Shown here in pieces: positions 46,169 to 52,141 of a DNA stretch of 52,141 nt (positions are counted from its first letter, which is position 1; the number at the start of each line of letters is the position of its first letter). Source of the stretch: Calditrichota bacterium (lineage in GTDB: Bacteria; Electryoneota; AABM5-125-24; Hatepunaeales; Hatepunaeaceae); assembly GCA_016867855.1 (NCBI GenBank), contig VGIO01000001.1, positions 1 through 52,141 of the forward strand, given 5' to 3'. A model generated the notes under the pieces. The model made no database searches and was not told the origin of the DNA. It saw nothing but the letters and a program-made list of their open reading frames with translations. Both the position numbers and the translations under genes were made by a program.

Positions 46169-47332
46169 TTGCGCGAATTAATCTATCTCGACAACGCCGC
46201 CACGACCTGGCCTAAGCCGCCGGAAGTGCTGGCTTATATGGTCGAATTTTACAAAGAGAACGGCGTTAATCCGGGCCGCTCGGGCTATGACCGCGCGCTG
46301 GAAGCCGAACAAATGGTGCATCGATGTAGGACGACGCTGTGTAAATTTTTCGGTGGCGGCGACCCTGACCGTCTAATTTTCGCTTATAACGCCACCGACG
46401 CCTTAAATCAAGTCATCCAGGGCGTTCTTTCGCCCGGCGGCCACGCCATCTCCACCAACCTCGAACACAACAGCGTCTTGCGCCCGCTGTGGCACCTCGC
46501 AACCGAACGTAATGTCGAAGTAACCTATCTGCCTTTCAGCGCTCAAGGCTTCATCGAGCCGGACGATGTCAAGAGAGCAATTAAATCCAACACTAAACTT
46601 GTGATAGTCAATCACGGCTCAAATGTCATCGGCACGGCGCAGCCGGTCGGCGAAATCGGGCGTATCTGCCGGGAGCGGGGCGTATTTTTCGCCATCGACG
46701 CCTCGCAGACCGCCGGCGTTGTCGATATCGATATGCAGTCGATGTGCATCGACGCCGTTTGCTTCACGGGACATAAATCGCTATTCGGGCCGACCGGCAT
46801 CGGCGGCATCTGCGTCGGCGATGATGCGGTCATCAAGTCCACCCGCTGGGGCGGCACCGGCGTCAAGTCGATTCAAAGAACCCACCTCGAAGAGTATCCT
46901 TACCGCCTCGAAGCCGGCACATTAAATTTAGTCGGCATCGCCGGACTCCTGAAAGGCCAGGAGTTCATCGCGGCGCGCGGCGGTCCGGCTTTAATCTATA
47001 AGCACGAAATGGAACTTTTACGAAAATTATGGGAAGGCATCAAAGATATCGACGGCGTGCAAGTCTATGCCGCCGAATCCTTGGATGAGCATATTCCTGT
47101 GCTGTCGATGAATGTCGAAGGCTTCGAAGCGATGAACACCGGCACGATTTTGGATGTTGACCACGACATTGCTACCCGCACCGGCTTGCACTGCGCGCCG
47201 CGCGTGCACGAACAACTCGGCACTGCCGAAATCCACGGCACGGTGCGCTTCTCGGTCGGACTTTTCAATAAACATGAAGATATCGATGCGGCTATTCACG
47301 GCGTGCAAGATATCGTGAGAATGCGAAAATGA
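46169..47332 (+). CDS. Class V aminotransferase / cysteine desulfurase family
   Basis: 387 aa. TTG start 5 nt after GGAG. IYLDNAATTWP and PLP-lysine motif HKSLFGPTG. Confidence 0.8.
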   Translation: MRELIYLDNAATTWPKPPEVLAYMVEFYKENGVNPGRSGYDRALEAEQMVHRCRTTLCKFFGGGDPDRLIFAYNATDALNQVIQGVLSPGGHAISTNLEHNSVLRPLWHLATERNVEVTYLPFSAQGFIEPDDVKRAIKSNTKLVIVNHGSNVIGTAQPVGEIGRICRERGVFFAIDASQTAGVVDIDMQSMCIDAVCFTGHKSLFGPTGIGGICVGDDAVIKSTRWGGTGVKSIQRTHLEEYPYRLEAGTLNLVGIAGLLKGQEFIAARGGPALIYKHEMELLRKLWEGIKDIDGVQVYAAESLDEHIPVLSMNVEGFEAMNTGTILDVDHDIATRTGLHCAPRVHEQLGTAEIHGTVRFSVGLFNKHEDIDAAIHGVQDIVRMRK

Positions 47333-48945
47333 ACAAATTAAACAATTACACATTGCTCATTGCCTTCATAGCAATGATACTTGCCTGTTCGGCAGCGGCT
47401 AAGAAGAAGCAAGCCGAGCCGGCGCTGCCGCCTTCACCGCCGGATGAAGCGGTCGCCGCGCAGTTTGTTTTGGGCGACCGGACGACGGCTGAAAGTCTAT
47501 TCGGGCGGTTGTCTTTAGCGTCAGCCGATAGTTTAGCCAGGTGGTTGGGGGATTTTAACGGCTATCCAAGGCCGGATACACTTGGCGGAATGGTTAAAAT
47601 CGAGCATAAAATATCCGATACGCTCATCGCGCCGGCTTTTCTCTTCGTGCCGGAAAAGTATAATCCAGATCTTCCGACACCGTTGATAGTGAACTTGCAC
47701 GGCGGCGTCAGCGGGCCTGAATTCCGCGATATGACAGATTATAACTGGCAGGAAGATGAGCGGCTGGTATTAAGCCAGCGCGAAGGCTGGCTGACATTGT
47801 TCCCGATGGGCAAAGTTGGCTGTCTGTGGTGGGATCCGGTCGGAATGGCGAATATAGATTGGCTGGTGCGCGAAGTTAAAAGACGCTACAATGTCGATGA
47901 CAATCGGGTGATAATGTGCGGCTTTTCAGACGGCGCTTCAGGGTCATTTCACTTTGGGATGCTCAATCCAACAGATTACGGCTTCTTTGCGCCGTGGTCG
48001 GGGCATCTGGCGGTCGGCTCGCTTGCCGGACCTTCGCAGGACTATATCAGCAACCTGCTGAACCGTCCAACCTATGCCACAGTCGGCGGACGCGACCAAC
48101 TCTATCCGACCGAGCGGATGGCGCCGCTATTGACGTTAGCCCTTGACGCCGGCGCTCCATTCTGGGTAACCTCATACGATACGGCCGGTCATAATGCAGC
48201 CTATATGATTTACGAATGGCCGCTCTTCGCCGAGCGGGTGCGCAACCGTCCGCGTGAGCCTTTCCCGATGCGCCTGTATTGGGAATTAGACGACCTGCGC
48301 TACAACCGCGTCGATTGGCTGGAGGTTACCGGCTTTGATACAACGCGTCTAACCGCCGATTGGCATAAAGACTACAACCTCAAATTAGTCGATGACCGCG
48401 TAACTATCGGCTTTATGCACGACCCTAAATTTGAAGGTCCCGGCGTCCGCATAAACGGACTGACAGATGATACTTTGCAGCCGGCGGTCAAGGTTGGATT
48501 CAAGCCAGGCGACATCTTAGTCGCCCTCGACAGCCTGGAGATTCCAGATATTGCCGGACTAAACCAAGCCAAATCGATAAAAAAACGCGGCGACCCGGTC
48601 CGGCTGACTGTCCTGCGCGACGGAGAGAAACTTACCTTCGAATCGTCCTTTCCGCCGGTTAAAGAATTCGACGCCTTCAAGCGTCATTATAAATCCGCCG
48701 CTGTCAAAGCGCAGCGAATGGGCAACCGCTTCTTTATTGAAACCTCGCGCCTAAAAGATTTTATTATTTATCTTAATTCGGAAATGACTCGCTTCGACCA
48801 GCCGGTGGTTATCGAGGTCGATGGTCGAATACTATTCGATGGCCTTGTGCAGCCAGACAGTCGGGTGATGTTGAGCCAATTTCTGCGAGATCGCGACCGA
48901 TGTAGGTTATGGTGGGGAAAAATCGAAGTTAAAGTTAAGGACTAA
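47329..48945 (+). CDS. Lipoprotein with an alpha/beta-hydrolase (esterase-like) domain and a PDZ domain
   Basis: 538 aa. Lipobox ..AMILAC; nucleophile elbow GFSDGAS; PDZ-like GFKPGDILVALDS..RLTVLRDGEKL. ATGA overlap with the upstream gene. Confidence 0.65.
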   Translation: MNKLNNYTLLIAFIAMILACSAAAKKKQAEPALPPSPPDEAVAAQFVLGDRTTAESLFGRLSLASADSLARWLGDFNGYPRPDTLGGMVKIEHKISDTLIAPAFLFVPEKYNPDLPTPLIVNLHGGVSGPEFRDMTDYNWQEDERLVLSQREGWLTLFPMGKVGCLWWDPVGMANIDWLVREVKRRYNVDDNRVIMCGFSDGASGSFHFGMLNPTDYGFFAPWSGHLAVGSLAGPSQDYISNLLNRPTYATVGGRDQLYPTERMAPLLTLALDAGAPFWVTSYDTAGHNAAYMIYEWPLFAERVRNRPREPFPMRLYWELDDLRYNRVDWLEVTGFDTTRLTADWHKDYNLKLVDDRVTIGFMHDPKFEGPGVRINGLTDDTLQPAVKVGFKPGDILVALDSLEIPDIAGLNQAKSIKKRGDPVRLTVLRDGEKLTFESSFPPVKEFDAFKRHYKSAAVKAQRMGNRFFIETSRLKDFIIYLNSEMTRFDQPVVIEVDGRILFDGLVQPDSRVMLSQFLRDRDRCRLWWGKIEVKVKD

Positions 48946-49006
48946 TCTTCTCGTCAAACCGCCATCTTTGAAAGGCGGATTTGAGGTATATTATCGGAGC
49001 AAACCG

Positions 49007-49816
49007 ATGAACGGTGTAATAAAACCAATAACTGTAAGCGATATACTTGCCAAGAAACGAGCGGGCGAAAAAATCGTCGCCTTGACGGCTTACGACGCGA
49101 CCTTCGCACGACTACTTGACCAAGCCGGCGTAGATATAATTTTAGTTGGCGACTCATTAGGAATGGTTATACAAGGGCTTGACACGACTCTGCCGGTAAC
49201 CCTTGAGGAGACGATTTATCATACCCGCTGCAGTGCGCAGGCTATCAGCCGGGCGCTGCTGGTCGCCGATATGCCGTTTATGTCCTATCAAGCCTCTGTC
49301 GAGCAGGCGGCGCTGAACGCCGGACGCTGTTTAAAAGAAGGCGGCGCGCAGGCTGTCAAATTGGAAGGCGGCGAGGAGTTTGCGCCTACGATACATAAAC
49401 TCGTTGCTGTCGGTATTCCGGTGATGGGGCATTGCGGTATGCAGCCGCAGCGTGTGCGGGAATACGGCGGCTATCTATTGCAAGGCGCCGACGAAGTGCA
49501 AGCCGAGCGGATAGTGCGCGACGCGCACGCCGTTGCTTCCGCCGGCGCGTTTAGCCTTGTGCTGGAGAAAATCCCGCGTGCGCTGGCGCGCCGTATTACT
49601 AATGAACTGCGCATTCCGACCATAGGCATCGCCGCCGGTCCAGACTGCGACGGCCAGATCTTGGTATCCTACGATATGCTGGGACTTGCCGACCAGTTCA
49701 AGTTCCGCTTCGTGCGGCGCTACATCGAAGGCGCGGAGTTGATAAGAAAAGCCGTGAAAGAATACGGCGAAGATATACGGGCGGGAAAATTCCCAAGCGA
49801 CAAGGAAGCGTTTTAG
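49007..49816 (+). CDS. panB: 3-methyl-2-oxobutanoate hydroxymethyltransferase
   Basis: The ATG at 49007 gives about 270 aa (MNGVIKPITVSDILAKKRAGEKIVALTAYD..VGDSLGMV). The ORF-track TTG start adds 13 unsupported residues. Confidence 0.9.
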   Translation: MNGVIKPITVSDILAKKRAGEKIVALTAYDATFARLLDQAGVDIILVGDSLGMVIQGLDTTLPVTLEETIYHTRCSAQAISRALLVADMPFMSYQASVEQAALNAGRCLKEGGAQAVKLEGGEEFAPTIHKLVAVGIPVMGHCGMQPQRVREYGGYLLQGADEVQAERIVRDAHAVASAGAFSLVLEKIPRALARRITNELRIPTIGIAAGPDCDGQILVSYDMLGLADQFKFRFVRRYIEGAELIRKAVKEYGEDIRAGKFPSDKEAF

Positions 49817-49828
49817 CCAAGTGGAGGA

Positions 49829-49961
49829 TAGTGTTATGTCAATCGTGCAATGTCGCATGTCATCCTGAACGAAGTGAAGGATCTCGTCTGGACAAGTAAA
49901 TCTTTAGGACGAGATCCTTCACTTCGTTCAGATGACGACATCTCACTTTGACACAACACTA
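49829..49961. repeat. 133-bp compound REP-like element. Outer 14-bp inverted repeat (13 of 14 paired) encloses a roughly 29-bp-stem hairpin GTCATCCTGAACGAAGTGAAGGATCTCGTC..GACGAGATCCTTCACTTCGTTCAGATGAC (49859-49936).
   Basis: Read directly. Lies between panB and prmC. Confidence 0.85.
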
Positions 49962-50001
49962 GCCAGTATCGATGTTTGCTCACTTTCTTTCAGTATGAAA
50001 G

Positions 50002-50934
50002 ATGCGAAACAATTTAATAAATCAGGACTTCGACATCTCCTCCGCGCTTCTATCCGGCGAACAGCGCTTGGCAGCGGCTGGATTTGTGCTGCGTCCGCGG
50101 CGGCACGCTGAACTATTGTTGGAGAAAGCGCTCGGCTTAGACCGCACAGCGCTTTATATACGAGCGAAGGACGCTATTTCGGCAGCGGCTTTAGAGCGTT
50201 ATGAACATTTGCTTCAGCGGCGCATTTCTGGCGAGCCGGCGCAGCATATCGCCGGCTGGTCGCCGTTCTACGGACTAAGACTGGAGGTCGGTCCCGGTGT
50301 TTTCATCCCGCGTTTCGACAGCGAAGCCGTCGTCGAAGTATTTTTAGAGCGGTTGAAAACTAACAATGCTATTGCTGATGCTGAAGCTGATTCACAATCT
50401 ACGATCAATACTCCGCATTTTGCGGCGCTTGACCTGTGCTGTGGCTGCGGAGCCATCGGGTTGGCAGCGGCGGTCGAGGCGATAAACTTGCATATCACGC
50501 TTGCCGACTCATCGCCTGCAGCGCTGGAATATACCTGCCGCAACATTCAGCAGCTCAATCTGGTGGCTCGGGCGACCGTCGTCGAATGGGATGCTTTAAG
50601 CGAGCCGCCGGTGGAATGGCGCGCCAAATTCCACTACATTCTTGCCAATCCGCCGTATATACCTATATCCGATTTGCCGCGTCTGCATCGCGATGTGAGC
50701 GAGGGCGAGCCGCGCGCCGCGCTCACCGACGGCGGCGATGGACTAACATTCTACCGCCGCTGGATGGAAACCCTGCCGCACATCCTGCGTAAAGACGGGC
50801 GATTGTTCGTCGAAATCGGCGACGACGCAGCCGCGAAAGTTCAAAGCATCCTCGCAAAATCATTTAATAATATTCTTATTCACAACGACCTGAGCGGGAT
50901 GCCGCGGGTCGTCGAAGGCTGGAGAACAAACTGA
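50002..50934 (+). CDS. prmC: Release-factor glutamine N5-methyltransferase
   Basis: 310 aa. LDLCCGCGAIG SAM motif and catalytic NPPY (ILANPPYIP). Confidence 0.85.
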   Translation: MRNNLINQDFDISSALLSGEQRLAAAGFVLRPRRHAELLLEKALGLDRTALYIRAKDAISAAALERYEHLLQRRISGEPAQHIAGWSPFYGLRLEVGPGVFIPRFDSEAVVEVFLERLKTNNAIADAEADSQSTINTPHFAALDLCCGCGAIGLAAAVEAINLHITLADSSPAALEYTCRNIQQLNLVARATVVEWDALSEPPVEWRAKFHYILANPPYIPISDLPRLHRDVSEGEPRAALTDGGDGLTFYRRWMETLPHILRKDGRLFVEIGDDAAAKVQSILAKSFNNILIHNDLSGMPRVVEGWRTN

Positions 50935-50954
50935 ATTCCATATTAATCCGCGAT

Positions 50955-51713
50955 ATGACGACCGATGACGAATACTTCGTCTCAACTTGCAGTCATACCA
51001 ATGAAAGTTCCGAGTTGGACGCGGCCGGGCAGCGCCGGCTGGCTTATATCAAATCGATGCAGCCGAAGGGACTTAAAATTAAAACCGCCTTACTGAACGA
51101 TAAGTTAGTCGGTTTAATCTATCTCTTTCCCGTCGAACACGACCCGTGGGGGATGCAGGGGCGGGAGATAATGACCTTTCCGTGCCTTTGGGTGACGATG
51201 GACAACTGGAAGCGTGGTGTCGGGACAGCGTTGCTCATAGCCGCCGAAGACGAGGCTCGCGCCTTGAAAGCCAAGGGCATCGCTACGATTGGCTTTTATT
51301 GGGATTTCTGGTTTATGGCGGCGGGATTTTTCGAGGCGAACGGCTACAGTGTTGTGCGGCGGCAGGGGACGCAGGCGCTGCTTTGGAAGGTCTGGGATAA
51401 TTTGGTCGAGCCGCCCGACTTTCCTCAGCCGCAATACTACTTCCAGCCGCAGCGCGGGAAAGTGGTGGTTGACCTATTCTATAATACTTTCTGCTTGACC
51501 AGCGATGTCGAAGCGCAGCATGTCCGGGAGGTTTGCGCCGCATTCGGCGACCAGGTCGTGTTAAACGAATATCCGGCTGATAATCCGGCTGTTCTGCGGC
51601 GCTTTTATCTACCGCGGGCTATTTTCGTCAACGGCGACAGCGCCTTCTGGGGCTATGAAGCCCCGCGCGAAGATTTGCGGGAAGCCATTCAAAAAGCAAT
51701 CGAATCATTATGA
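50955..51713 (+). CDS. GNAT-family N-acetyltransferase with a C-terminal YoaP-like extension
   Basis: 252 aa. Acetyl-CoA loop region ..WKRGVGTALLIAAEDEARALKAKG.., ..FFEANGY... The YoaP-like assignment of the C-terminal 90 aa is tentative. Confidence 0.6.
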   Translation: MTTDDEYFVSTCSHTNESSELDAAGQRRLAYIKSMQPKGLKIKTALLNDKLVGLIYLFPVEHDPWGMQGREIMTFPCLWVTMDNWKRGVGTALLIAAEDEARALKAKGIATIGFYWDFWFMAAGFFEANGYSVVRRQGTQALLWKVWDNLVEPPDFPQPQYYFQPQRGKVVVDLFYNTFCLTSDVEAQHVREVCAAFGDQVVLNEYPADNPAVLRRFYLPRAIFVNGDSAFWGYEAPREDLREAIQKAIESL

Positions 51714-52141
51714 TAACAAACATTATTACACTTTTCGTCTTCTTGAGTATATCGGCTCAATTTGCATCCGCCGACGACACTCTGCTGTTTCCCGGCGAAG
51801 AAAAACATCTGTCCAACGCTCGGATGCTGACTTATGGCGGTGAGAACGCCGAAGCCTATTTCAGCCCGGACGGCAAGTGGATTGCCTGGCAGGGGCGATG
51901 GCAAGGCACAGCGCCGGCCGACCAAATCTGGGTAATGCCGGTCGAAGGCGGCGAGCCTGAATTGGTCTCTACCGGCCAAGGCAAGACAACCTGCGCGTTC
52001 TTTATTCCCGGCAGCGAGCGGCTGGTCTTCTGTTCGACGCACGATTTTTCGCCGGAGCCGCCGCCGGAGCCAGACCGCAAAGCCGGTTATGTCTGGTCGC
52101 TGGACGAATACGATATCTATACCGTCAATCGCGACGGCAGC
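51710..52141 (+). CDS. TolB/PD40-repeat periplasmic protein, 5' partial (runs off the window)
   Basis: Open frame of 144 codons, not in the ORF track because it has no stop. Hand-translated as MITNIITLFVFLSISAQFASA (signal) ..GENAEAYFSPDGKWIAW..IYTVNRDGS. ATGA overlap with the GNAT stop. Confidence 0.65.
   Translation, partial: MITNIITLFVFLSISAQFASADDTLLFPGEEKHLSNARMLTYGGENAEAYFSPDGKWIAWQGRWQGTAPADQIWVMPVEGGEPELVSTGQGKTTCAFFIPGSERLVFCSTHDFSPEPPPEPDRKAGYVWSLDEYDIYTVNRDGS

Overview
This is a 52-kb fragment from an uncultured bacterium. All calls come from reading translations and motifs by eye; no alignments were run.

Centre (10.7-37.4 kb): one strand carries the complete dissimilatory sulfate-reduction machinery with no unrelated gene interspersed. 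The order is sat, aprBA, two small Cys-rich ORFs, qmoC then qmoAB (non-canonical order), dsrAB, dsrD, dsrN, a DsrL-like NAD(P)H oxidoreductase, dsrC, an extra DsrMK-like pair, a DsrT-like ORF, dsrMKJOP and hemA.

Left flank: a PmbA-like gene, queA, an EamA transporter, ccsA, a large HExxH / TolB-propeller / Omp85 outer-membrane protein, a DUF3098-like ORF and tRNA-Val with a strong terminator.

Right flank: recA, a T9SS-sorted surface protein split by a (CCAAATT)5 tract, a secreted repeat protein, an acyl-CoA mutase catalytic subunit and a decayed MNT/HEPN toxin-antitoxin remnant. These are followed by an M23 peptidase, a methyltransferase, a NUDIX hydrolase, a cysteine desulfurase, a hydrolase-PDZ lipoprotein, panB, prmC, a GNAT gene and a partial TolB-like gene. 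The T9SS sorting domain and DUF3098-like ORF suggest an FCB-group host rather than a classical deltaproteobacterial sulfate reducer.

Intergenic DNA is unusually rich in several families of REP-like palindromic hairpins and in phased 7-, 8- and 9-bp tandem blocks. One example is a nested minisatellite at 45.85-46.14 kb. These elements create false ORF extensions, and one of them appears to have destroyed a gene.

No rRNA, CRISPR array, transposase or integrase was recognised.
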